Shown piece by piece: positions 55,715-64,000 of a DNA stretch of 64,000 nucleotides (its first letter is position 1; the number at the start of each line of letters is the position of its first letter). Both the position numbers and the translations under genes were made by a program. The DNA is taken from positions 18,576 to 82,575 of the IMG/VR virus record IMGVR_UViG_3300003332_000015, one strand, 5' to 3'. This DNA comes from a virus (lineage: Duplodnaviria > Heunggongvirae > Uroviricota > Caudoviricetes). Below the pieces are notes generated by a model that searched no databases, was not told the origin of the DNA, and was given only the letters and a program-made list of their open reading frames with translations.

Positions 55715-55729
55715 TACTATTATAATAAT
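55715..55729 (-). promoter_or_regulatory. Putative class-2 promoter ATTATTATAATAGTA
   Basis: Upstream of the SNF2 helicase. Confidence 0.55.
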
Positions 55730-55752
55730 AAAATTATCTCATTTTTTAAATT

Positions 55753-56739
55753 TTATCTTCTTTTTATTTTAGGTGGCCTAAAAAAGTCGTCTTGATATTT
55801 ATAATGTTCTGATATAAATTTTTGTTTTAATATATAGTCAAATACTCTTGAGTCAAATGTTCTTATTTTAAAACCTAAAGATTCATATAATCTTTTTAAA
55901 TAAGAAGGTCTATACTTACCTTTAGTTACAAATTGTTTAAAATAAGATTGGTCAACAGGAATAAAAGATACTAACTGATAGTTTAATCTCAGTCTTGATC
56001 TGTTGTCACTAAAATCTTTTTTCCATTTATCAGTTAAAATGTTTGTATACCTAATATTTTCAATTAAGTCATATATATCTTTATATGCTTCTATTAACTC
56101 AATAACTTTTTTAGTAGGGACTCTAGGAATACCAATAGGTATATCATCTGACTTATCCCCTTTGATTGCTTTATACATTGAAACTTTATTGTTAGTTGGG
56201 AAAAAATTATATTTGTTATTAAACTTTATACCATCAAATACTTGTTTTTTCATAAACTGATGAATAGGTCTTTTATTGTATTCTATTAATCGAGACCAAT
56301 CTAAATCTTCACTAACTAATAAAATTGAGTCATTAAAAGAAATTTCTTTTAATATATTTGGTACTAAATCATCTGCTTCAAATCCAGTACCGTATATAAC
56401 TTTTATATTAGAATCGTAGTTCATTAAAATAAGTCTTAAATAGTCCAAACTACGATAAAATGGTTTGGATCTTTTTTTACGTGACACCTTATAAGTAGGG
56501 TCAATCATACGTTGTCTCATATTCTGTTTTGATGTTGCATTATCAAAGACACACCATACAGTACCATACTCACCTAGAAAATCTCTAATAAGTTTTTTAA
56601 TGGAAATAATACTTCCGTATATACCTCCAGTCACAATTTTTTTACCTTTAACTTCATAGGTCAAGTCTTCATGTGTAGAGTAATTTTTATAATAGAGTAA
56701 ATTTGTATCTATAATAATGTGATCATATTTTTTATTCAT
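55753..56739 (-). CDS. 5'-3' exonuclease / T4 RNase H-like flap nuclease
   Basis: IIIDTN, CVFD, FEADD, VSEDLDW, KAIKGDKSDDIPIG. Confidence 0.92.
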   Translation of the reverse strand: MNKKYDHIIIDTNLLYYKNYSTHEDLTYEVKGKKIVTGGIYGSIISIKKLIRDFLGEYGTVWCVFDNATSKQNMRQRMIDPTYKVSRKKRSKPFYRSLDYLRLILMNYDSNIKVIYGTGFEADDLVPNILKEISFNDSILLVSEDLDWSRLIEYNKRPIHQFMKKQVFDGIKFNNKYNFFPTNNKVSMYKAIKGDKSDDIPIGIPRVPTKKVIELIEAYKDIYDLIENIRYTNILTDKWKKDFSDNRSRLRLNYQLVSFIPVDQSYFKQFVTKGKYRPSYLKRLYESLGFKIRTFDSRVFDYILKQKFISEHYKYQDDFFRPPKIKRR

Positions 56740-56760
56740 TTAGTTTTATTCCATATTTAA

Positions 56761-58203
56761 TTATTTAACACTAATACGATCTAAGAATCTAACTCCTACA
56801 TCCTTTTTTACTATATAAAAAGTTTGTGATGGAGATTCACCTTTCTTTAAAGCCCCAAGTGAAAACTCATTAGCTCCTATTAAGGAACCATTCATAATAA
56901 TTTCAGCTCCGTTAAAGGATTTAGTTTCATTAGCACTATGGAAATGTCCCATATTAACATAATCAAAATACATATTAGCTTGACCAAGTGTACCTGCTAA
57001 TAATGATATATCTCTTGACAAATTACCTGGTACAGAGTTTAATCCATTTCCACCTCTAACCATGTCACCATGTGTACTTAGAAAGTTAACACCATTTATT
57101 TCATGTATTAAAAAGAAAGACTCAGGTAAAATAAAATCCATGATATCTTTTGTTTCTCGTTTTATAAACTCATAAAGAATATATTCAAAATTAAGAACTT
57201 GTTTATGTTTAAAATAAGGTTTAACTTTTAGACGGGAATGATTACCAACTAAACCTATTCCTTTTATTTTTTTAAAATATTTAGATAAATTACGTATATG
57301 TTGAGAAATGTAATTAGCTAATTCAATAGTTGCTTTTATTATACCTCTCTCATTGTTCTCTGCTAAGTCATGTAAGTTCCCTGAAATCATATCTCCTAAA
57401 AACAATAAGTTTATAACATCTACTTTTAAATAAAGTGAATTCTCTGTAATTACTTTAAATAGTTGATCAATTCTTTTTTTAGCAATAGAGATACTGTATT
57501 CGTTTAAATTGTGCATTTCAGCTCTATTAACTATTTCATCATAATGCCAATCAGAAAGTAGAGCAACCGCTTCATAACCTAGCTTAGGATACTTTACTTC
57601 TCCATGATTAAACCGTGATGGTTTATACTGAACTACTATAGAATCCAATATATTAAGTACTTTATCATTATAGTAGTCATTGTCTTTATAATATTTTAAT
57701 TCTTTTTTAGTAACTTGTAATTCTTTTTGTAATGCAAGAACTTTTTTATCGTTTTGAACATGAAACAGATTAACTTTATATAGATCCTGTAACACTTTTT
57801 CCAAATTTTTAATTTTTAATGTAAATAGTTTAACAGGAAATTTATTCTCAGTTGCTATTTGTACTAAATCAGTATATTTTAATGTCGTACGTCTTTCTTG
57901 TATTTCATATTCAAGAATATCTAATAAAGTAGTTTCGCCAATATATGAATATTTCTCAAGTAATTCTATTCGATCATCTTCTTTTAATTTAGAATCAAGT
58001 AAAATATTGTCTTCCTTTACTTCTTGACCTGTTTCTTTCATATACTCATTATAATATCTTCTTACTTGTTTATAATAAGAATCGTAATTTGACTTTGAGT
58101 ATGTTCTTGTTATAAACAAATCATACATATCTTGTGTTATTAAAGAATATGAGTCATAATCATTTTCCTTTAATTTTTCTATAATCCAATCTTTTGCTTT
58201 CAT
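56761..58203 (-). CDS. Calcineurin-like metallophosphoesterase with N-terminal helical region
   Basis: LSDWH, LGDMISG, GNH, THGD, GHFH. Confidence 0.85.
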   Translation of the reverse strand: MKAKDWIIEKLKENDYDSYSLITQDMYDLFITRTYSKSNYDSYYKQVRRYYNEYMKETGQEVKEDNILLDSKLKEDDRIELLEKYSYIGETTLLDILEYEIQERRTTLKYTDLVQIATENKFPVKLFTLKIKNLEKVLQDLYKVNLFHVQNDKKVLALQKELQVTKKELKYYKDNDYYNDKVLNILDSIVVQYKPSRFNHGEVKYPKLGYEAVALLSDWHYDEIVNRAEMHNLNEYSISIAKKRIDQLFKVITENSLYLKVDVINLLFLGDMISGNLHDLAENNERGIIKATIELANYISQHIRNLSKYFKKIKGIGLVGNHSRLKVKPYFKHKQVLNFEYILYEFIKRETKDIMDFILPESFFLIHEINGVNFLSTHGDMVRGGNGLNSVPGNLSRDISLLAGTLGQANMYFDYVNMGHFHSANETKSFNGAEIIMNGSLIGANEFSLGALKKGESPSQTFYIVKKDVGVRFLDRISVK

Positions 58204-58217
58204 GTTTAAAGTTACCT

Positions 58218-58490
58218 TTAATAAGTTTTATGCTGTGTCTTATGTTCAACATTATTTTTTTGAAATCCATTACGCCAATGTGTTTTATATTGAGCTCTTC
58301 TTCTATCAGCTCGATTTGGTTTATTACTACGAGGAGTAAGATGATTATTAAACTCAGTGTCTAAAGCTTCATCTAAATTTCTAAATTCACCATAATTATT
58401 TTGTAATGTTTGTAATTTTTGAGGAGAATTTTTAGTTAAATACTTTAGTTCTTCATTTGAGATATATAAAAAGTTATTTATCTTATACAT
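58218..58490 (-). CDS. Hypothetical protein
   Basis: AAGGA SD; ORF in operon. Confidence 0.5.
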   Translation of the reverse strand: MYKINNFLYISNEELKYLTKNSPQKLQTLQNNYGEFRNLDEALDTEFNNHLTPRSNKPNRADRRRAQYKTHWRNGFQKNNVEHKTQHKTY

Positions 58491-58509
58491 TTTTATAGTC
58501 CTTATTTAA

Positions 58510-59076
58510 TTAAATTTCTGTTACTAAAACAGCTTTACGAATAAACACATTCCACTTTTCATTTTTTGGTAATGTACTTATATCCCTTAAAAATTTTATT
58601 ACAGGTATTTTAGTTCTATACCTGAAATACCTTTTATCTTCCATATTCTTAATTAAAATTTCATCTCTTGCTATAACTACTTTATCAATAATCCAAGTTA
58701 CTTCACTTTCTACATAGTATCCTTTATTACTTAAAGAATCAAAACTAATCTCACCACTTGTTACTAACTCATTCAAAGTTAGAACATCAGCGATAATTTC
58801 TTTTTTGGTAGTTTGTTGTAATGTAGGAAAAAATAAAGATAACTCTTGTTTAATATTATAAATATTAACTTTTGGTTTTTCATTAAAATTAAGTTTATAA
58901 GTTACAATAGATATTTTTTCATCATAGTTATGACTATCATGTTTATAAACAGTTACAGTATCATTAGCAATTGTATAGGATGCCATAATAGGTAACTTAT
59001 TACAAAAATTCATAAATTTTTTATTGAAAATTAATATAAAATTTTCTATATCAATTCTTTCTTTCTCTATTAACAT
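58510..59076 (-). CDS. Hypothetical protein
   Basis: AAGGA SD; ORF in operon. Confidence 0.6.
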   Translation of the reverse strand: MLIEKERIDIENFILIFNKKFMNFCNKLPIMASYTIANDTVTVYKHDSHNYDEKISIVTYKLNFNEKPKVNIYNIKQELSLFFPTLQQTTKKEIIADVLTLNELVTSGEISFDSLSNKGYYVESEVTWIIDKVVIARDEILIKNMEDKRYFRYRTKIPVIKFLRDISTLPKNEKWNVFIRKAVLVTEI

Positions 59077-59088
59077 AAGTAAATCCTT

Positions 59089-60204
59089 TTAGTCGAGGTC
59101 GTCTGCTAACATTATAATTGCAATAGATCTTGATGTTTGTGATTCACCAATAACATTAAAAGCAGGTTCATTAACATCTATCTTAATTCTTATGAAATCA
59201 TCTTTAATAGATGTAACAGCTTTAGCTAAATATTTTCTTGCAAACCATAAACCTGCACCAACTAGCTCGGTAGAACATTCTTTTAAACCAATTTGTCTAT
59301 TACCTTGATTTTCGCTTTTTGATTCTATAGACAGTATATTATCATCTAATACACTCATATACATTTGTTCGTTTCTTAAATCTTTTACAAATACTTCAAA
59401 GAAATTTAGTATTTCGAGTAAAGCTTGTTTCTCTACTACTATTTGAGTATCATGATCATATTTATCTATATAGTCTTGATCTTTAATTGGAGGAACTCTT
59501 AAATTATCGATTTGTGTTGAAGCAATATGTAAAAGTTCATCTTCACCAAATGTAAAGTATAAGTCATCAGTATCATCGTTATGGTACATTTTACAGGTAT
59601 GTTCTTCTGATCCTGTTAAAATAACACGTAATACATTTGCTGAAATTTGTATGTCAGGAAAAGTTTCATCTACTGTATAAGCCTCAAATACAGCTGCTCC
59701 ATCAGAAGCTACTATAGCATTATCAAAAAGTTGTATACCTGCAAAGTTTTCATTAAAATCGTCAGCACCCATATAACTTTGTGCAGTTTTTAAATTTTCT
59801 ATAAGTTCTGAATGTATGTTAAATACTTCGAAATCGTCTTTGTTAACATCAGGGTAATCGGAAGCTTCTGAAAAACATGGTATCTTAAATTTTTCATCTC
59901 CATTATAAAATTCATAATCTGTTGACATATATAGTTCTTCATATTGTTTAGCTAAAGTTAAAAATAGTCTAGTATTAAACCACATATTTTCAAAATCATC
60001 TTTAGTATCATTTTCAAACTCAAAGTCAAAAGCAAGGTGTCCTAGTATACCTTCAGCAGCTGCTGAATATTCTCCATTTCCAAAGTATACTATAGATTGT
60101 TCAAAGTCAAAGTATATTGATTCCTCAACTCTTGTTCCACCTTTTTTATCAAACATTTCTATAATTTTAGAAAAAGTTCTAAAATTCTTAGTTTTGATAA
60201 TCAT
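59089..60204 (-). CDS. Sliding clamp, bacterial beta (DnaN)-like
   Basis: 371 aa with three repeated domains; ENFAGIQL...IVASDG, LWFARKYLAKAV..IKDD.IRIKI patterns of DnaN. Confidence 0.65.
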   Translation of the reverse strand: MIIKTKNFRTFSKIIEMFDKKGGTRVEESIYFDFEQSIVYFGNGEYSAAAEGILGHLAFDFEFENDTKDDFENMWFNTRLFLTLAKQYEELYMSTDYEFYNGDEKFKIPCFSEASDYPDVNKDDFEVFNIHSELIENLKTAQSYMGADDFNENFAGIQLFDNAIVASDGAAVFEAYTVDETFPDIQISANVLRVILTGSEEHTCKMYHNDDTDDLYFTFGEDELLHIASTQIDNLRVPPIKDQDYIDKYDHDTQIVVEKQALLEILNFFEVFVKDLRNEQMYMSVLDDNILSIESKSENQGNRQIGLKECSTELVGAGLWFARKYLAKAVTSIKDDFIRIKIDVNEPAFNVIGESQTSRSIAIIMLADDLD

Positions 60205-60232
60205 TTATTATCTCCTTATTTTCTGCTTTATT

Positions 60233-60243
60233 CTATATTAGTA
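60233..60243 (-). promoter_or_regulatory. Putative late promoter
   Basis: TACTAATATAG upstream of the clamp. Confidence 0.5.
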
Positions 60244-60288
60244 GTCAAAATTTGTTACTAATACAAAATATAAGTATTAGTCTTATAT

Positions 60289-60300
60289 TACTATAATAAT
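60289..60300 (-). promoter_or_regulatory. Putative class-2 promoter ATTATTATAGTA
   Basis: Upstream of the clamp operon. Confidence 0.55.
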
Positions 60301-60320
60301 AAAAAAATGGAGTTTTTTAA

Positions 60321-60734
60321 GTGATTCACAAAATAAAATCGATTTTAGTAGAAGCTAAGAATACTAGATACTATAAGTATTATATAAATAATAACTTCAG
60401 TGATGGTTATTCTCTTAAAAAAGATGACATGTATTTATTATTATGTAAGTATGTACAATCAACTATGACATCAAAAATTTATAACTTATTAAGTAAATTT
60501 CAAAAATTCTTATTAGATGTAGATAAACAAGAGATATATGTTATAAAAATAGAATCACAAACAGATAAATTATCAAAATCAATAAAACAAATTCCTTTAA
60601 AAAATTTAAATAAAATTAAAAAAGCACAAATAAAAGAAAATTTAAAAAAGAGTAAAAAATTATTATTATATAGTAATATAAACACCAATGAGAGGTTAAA
60701 TCAAAAATTAATTGATAGATACGAAAGACTCTAA
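60321..60734 (+). CDS. Hypothetical basic protein
   Basis: GGAG SD before GTG; first plus-strand gene. Confidence 0.55.
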   Translation: MIHKIKSILVEAKNTRYYKYYINNNFSDGYSLKKDDMYLLLCKYVQSTMTSKIYNLLSKFQKFLLDVDKQEIYVIKIESQTDKLSKSIKQIPLKNLNKIKKAQIKENLKKSKKLLLYSNINTNERLNQKLIDRYERL

Positions 60735-62334
60735 TTATATATTATGTAAAAGGTTTCCCTATATCTCAGGGCTCAATTTTACCAATCGTTCTTTTTCTAT
60801 TAAGACAGAAAAAAGTTGGGTATATATACATGCTCGCAAAAATATCTCAACAAAGCGTTTATATAACCATTTTACAGGAGAATGTACAATAGGGCTTAAT
60901 CCTTTTGATACATCGAAAATACTTATTATAGATATTGATAAACGTTCTCAAAAAAAATCAATCCTTACTAAAGATATTTTACAACAACTTATTACAGACT
61001 TTGGTAAACCTTTTTATTATGAAGAAAGTGATGAGACAAATATACATGTCTACTTTTTATTAAAAGATTATATAAATGTATCTGGTGCTAAATTTTTAGA
61101 AAAATATTATAAATATAAACATAATTATGTTATTGAACCTATTTATGAAAACAAAGCCATAAGAATACCATTCTCAAAACAGTATCAGGAAAAAGCTTTT
61201 AATGGTAATAGTTTACAAATCACAAATATAAAACAGTTAGTAACAACTTTTGAATCGCAAAATGAATACATATGTAAGATACCTTCTTGGTTAATTCCTT
61301 TTAATAAAGAAGGAACAGCTATTAAAAAATCTCGTGATTTAGGTAATAGACTTTCAAACTATGATTTATCTATCTCGTATTCATATGGTAGAGGCACTAG
61401 ACATTACAATCAAATTAAAATAGCGTTCTATTGTGTAAATAATAAAATGTCCGAACAGCACTTTAGAAATTTATGTGAGCATTTAAACGATGGTTCTTCT
61501 AAAGATATGAAATTAGATGTAGTTAAAAGAAATAAAATTATGAGTTCTGTATGGGAATGGAGTAATAACCATTTTAAAGAACTAAAAAATAATAATAATT
61601 TGATTACCTCTGATTTTGAAAAATATTTAAAAACTTTTAATTTTTATGATGTAGAACAATTTGAGTATGACAGTAGTAATTGGTCTAAAATAAATACAGT
61701 TATAAAATATTTTTATAAAGCTTATAAGGTTGGAAAATTAGGTGGAGTAAAAGAAAAACAATTTATAACAGATTGTATTGTTCTATTAGAGACTATTAAT
61801 AGTAAAAGAATTTATGATAGTAAAACACATGCTAGTTATGAAGACAGTTTTGGAAATAAGTTTAAAAAATTAGATGGTGGTACATTATTTAATTCAAAGT
61901 TTAGAAATGACATAGCAAAGTTTTTGAAGATTAAGAATATAAATAAGGTATGGAAATTCCTTGTTAAGATAAAAGCAGTACAAGCTATTAATATTAAGGG
62001 ATATACTTATTCTTATAAAAAATTTAGGTGGGCTGAACATTTTATTATTCATTCAAGTTCTTATTTATTAAGAAGAATGCAAAGACATTATAAACAAATA
62101 AATTTAAAATATTTTAAAAAAGGTACAAGTACATATATTAATAACTATAGTAAATATTATAAGAGTATTAATAATGTATATATTTTTAAGTTTCCTCCTT
62201 ATAAATTATGTTTAAACGTTTTTTATGAAACACACATATTAACAGATGGAATACTTAGTGATAGACTGGAAAAAGTAAGAAGATGGAAACTAAGTAAGCA
62301 GGGATTACCAAATAAAGTACCAATATTCATTTAA
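60712..62334 (+). CDS. AEP-superfamily primase/replication-initiator-like protein
   Basis: LIIDID motif I, NIHVYF motif II, AIRIPF, then GTRH..KIAFYC PriCT-like region and a basic C-terminus. Confidence 0.55.
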   Translation: MIDTKDSNYILCKRFPYISGLNFTNRSFSIKTEKSWVYIHARKNISTKRLYNHFTGECTIGLNPFDTSKILIIDIDKRSQKKSILTKDILQQLITDFGKPFYYEESDETNIHVYFLLKDYINVSGAKFLEKYYKYKHNYVIEPIYENKAIRIPFSKQYQEKAFNGNSLQITNIKQLVTTFESQNEYICKIPSWLIPFNKEGTAIKKSRDLGNRLSNYDLSISYSYGRGTRHYNQIKIAFYCVNNKMSEQHFRNLCEHLNDGSSKDMKLDVVKRNKIMSSVWEWSNNHFKELKNNNNLITSDFEKYLKTFNFYDVEQFEYDSSNWSKINTVIKYFYKAYKVGKLGGVKEKQFITDCIVLLETINSKRIYDSKTHASYEDSFGNKFKKLDGGTLFNSKFRNDIAKFLKIKNINKVWKFLVKIKAVQAINIKGYTYSYKKFRWAEHFIIHSSSYLLRRMQRHYKQINLKYFKKGTSTYINNYSKYYKSINNVYIFKFPPYKLCLNVFYETHILTDGILSDRLEKVRRWKLSKQGLPNKVPIFI

Positions 62335-62350
62335 AAAATTGCTAAAAAAT

Positions 62351-62365
62351 ATTATTATAATAGTA
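62351..62365 (+). promoter_or_regulatory. Putative class-2 promoter ATTATTATAATAGTA
   Basis: Upstream of the SSB gene on the plus strand. Confidence 0.55.
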
Positions 62366-62442
62366 TACGGTGTTACCGTTAAAAAATTAAACTCGTGGTA
62401 CGAGTAAAAAAAATTCTTATCGTTTATAGGAGAAAAAGAATT

Positions 62443-63861
62443 ATGAGTGTAGACAGAGATGCTTTATTTAAACAAGCAAAAAGTCAAAGAAAGGAAGACC
62501 AGAAAAATGAGAATCGTGACGGTGGTGGTAACTTTACCATGTTTACCGATTACGCCGCTTTAGAAACTGATCAGTTTAAACTTTTCAGATTTTTAGGATT
62601 ACCAATGTCAATTTCAGGTGACGATCCATTTTCACCAAAACTTGTTAATATTTCAATGATATCAGGTGATGATGATAAAAAGTTTAGATGTGTTTGGCCT
62701 GATAGAAGTGAAAGATCAGATTGGATACTTTGGAAGATCTTCTCAAAAGTACTTGCGTATAATTGGGATGCTGAAAAAGAAGAAAGGAATTATAACCATA
62801 GATTAACGCATCCTTCCATTTTTAATAAAGTTCGTAAGAATGGGAAAGTAGATAACATCTATGAAAAAGGTTGGGAGCCAGCAAAGTTTATTATTTGGAA
62901 TGTAATTGATAAAAGTCCAAAAGTGTATGATTGGCATAAAGAAAATAAGAAGACTCTCATTCTTTCAAAAAAAGCATCTGTTAGTAGAGATGGTAACAAT
63001 GTATTTTATGAACCAGGAGTTCCATTAAGTGTTTATAATATAATTCTTGATGAAGTTGTTGAAGTAAATGGTGACTGGGAAAAGTATGATATATTTGTAC
63101 AGAAAAAGAAAAGTGATCCTTGGTATAATGTTTATCATTCAGTTGATGATCTTAAAAAAGTTGTTGCAAAAAATGATTGGTTAATAGAAGAAGAACTGGA
63201 TGAGAAAGGTAATGTTGTAACTGAAGGTGGTTTTAAACCAGCTCTTTACGATACCGGTTTTGATATGATAAAATCTTTACAACCGTTAACACCAGAAGAA
63301 CAAGCTTGGGAACAGCATAATATTTCTAATCTATATCCTATTACTACTTATTCAAAAATTTATAATCGTCTTAAATTAACTATCAACCAGATAGATGCTG
63401 CTTTCGGTACAAAGTATCTTGAAGAACTTGAGTATCTAAAAGATAAAGAAGTTAAAGAAAAGAAAGAACAGGACAAAGCAACACAAAATTCTACACCAAC
63501 TGAAACTCATGTTGCAGAAAAGAAAGCAGTTCCTGGTTTTGAAGCTTCAACTCCTAAGGAAGAAGTTAAAGAGGAAGTTAAAGAGGAAGCTGCCCCTGTA
63601 AGAAGAAGACCAAAAGCTCCTGAACCTGAAGTTAAAGGTTTTGATTTAGATACAATTGTAAAAACACTCGACTTTAAATCTATGTCAACACTAACTGATG
63701 AACAAAGGAAACTTATTGTTGGTTATGATGAGGATAAAGAATCATTTATATATGATACTAAAGAAACAGTATATGAATGTTTAAATGCTGATGAAGGTTG
63801 TAAAATGCAATCACCGGAAAGTTTTAGTAACTGTCCTGCTTGTGGTGCGGCTTTTGTGTAA
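62443..63861 (+). CDS. Single-stranded DNA-binding protein (gp32-like) with C-terminal zinc finger
   Basis: FKLFRFLG, IIWNVID, DIFVQKK, acidic/Pro linker, CLN..C..CPAC; start refined to ATG 62443 (AGGAG). Confidence 0.7.
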   Translation: MSVDRDALFKQAKSQRKEDQKNENRDGGGNFTMFTDYAALETDQFKLFRFLGLPMSISGDDPFSPKLVNISMISGDDDKKFRCVWPDRSERSDWILWKIFSKVLAYNWDAEKEERNYNHRLTHPSIFNKVRKNGKVDNIYEKGWEPAKFIIWNVIDKSPKVYDWHKENKKTLILSKKASVSRDGNNVFYEPGVPLSVYNIILDEVVEVNGDWEKYDIFVQKKKSDPWYNVYHSVDDLKKVVAKNDWLIEEELDEKGNVVTEGGFKPALYDTGFDMIKSLQPLTPEEQAWEQHNISNLYPITTYSKIYNRLKLTINQIDAAFGTKYLEELEYLKDKEVKEKKEQDKATQNSTPTETHVAEKKAVPGFEASTPKEEVKEEVKEEAAPVRRRPKAPEPEVKGFDLDTIVKTLDFKSMSTLTDEQRKLIVGYDEDKESFIYDTKETVYECLNADEGCKMQSPESFSNCPACGAAFV

Positions 63862-63883
63862 AATGATTTATTAAATAAAGTAA

Positions 63884-63916
63884 AGGACTAGGATTATTAT
63901 CTCCTAGTCTTTTTTT
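63884..63916 (+). terminator. Intrinsic terminator after SSB
   Basis: AGGACTAGG/CCTAGTCTT stem plus T run. Confidence 0.8.
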
Positions 63917-63919
63917 GTC

Positions 63920-63932
63920 TTACTAATATAAT
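63920..63932 (+). promoter_or_regulatory. Putative late promoter, leaderless
   Basis: Exact motif on the plus strand abutting ATG 63933. Confidence 0.7.
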
Positions 63933-64000
63933 ATGAAAGAAGCACAAACGAATACAGTATTTAATAATAGTTTAAAAAAGAAAGGTTTTTCTCATAAGAT
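63933..64000 (+). CDS. 5' end of a leaderless late gene (partial)
   Basis: ATG directly after TTACTAATATAAT; open to the window end. Confidence 0.45.
   Translation, partial: MKEAQTNTVFNNSLKKKGFSHK

Noticed and set aside
7042-60688. Opposite-strand or alternate-frame ORFs from the track (e.g. 7042, 7459, 7981, 9021, 11606, 12647, 12735, 14479, 17130, 26743, 30551, 31263, 36794, 36847, 40252, 40552, 40903, 43827, 43958, 45913, 50471, 53857, 56003, 60500)
   Set aside because: They are shadows of well-supported genes, with no SD or promoter and with compositions mirroring the real strand (e.g. Ser/Phe-rich antisense of Lys/Asp repeats).
1-64000. Stop-codon reassignment
   Set aside because: Long ORFs are intact under code 11 and TAA, TAG and TGA all end recognisable genes. 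The single in-frame TAA (21176) is in a gene that also lost its start codon.
1-64000. tRNA/rRNA genes, integrase or host genes indicating a prophage
   Set aside because: No cloverleaf-length intergenic structure with T-loop or anticodon features was seen; the window is gene-dense phage sequence with no integrase or host housekeeping operon.

Overview
A 64 kb, very AT-rich fragment of a large contractile-tailed dsDNA phage. Genes run on the minus strand up to ~60.2 kb and on the plus strand after that. From left to right it holds: a T4-like baseplate/tail module (1-15.6 kb); late-expressed putative head-cargo and lysis-like genes (15.6-33.8 kb); a gp23-like capsid, scaffold, prohead protease and portal (33.9-40.8 kb); an Mre11/gp47-like nuclease, a sigma factor and a small sigma70-driven early island; a family A DNA polymerase; a 7-deazaguanine DNA-modification cluster (ParB-like, dpdA-like, queC, folE, queE, queD); an SNF2 helicase, a 5'-3' exonuclease, a beta-like clamp, an AEP-like protein and a gp32-like SSB. 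Six free-standing homing endonuclease loci are present, two of them decayed. Two phage promoter motifs can be read from the sequence (TACTAATATAA, ~20 copies; ATTATTATA(ATA)GTA, 6 copies). The most striking signal is a three-way-junction RNA element upstream of three HNH-NUMOD3 genes. Its two loops are complementary, with copy-specific covariation, to a leader-hairpin loop and to the ribosome-binding site of its own nuclease gene. A second is a ~26-aa module shared by seven otherwise unrelated late proteins. All calls come from reading motifs by eye; no database search was run.
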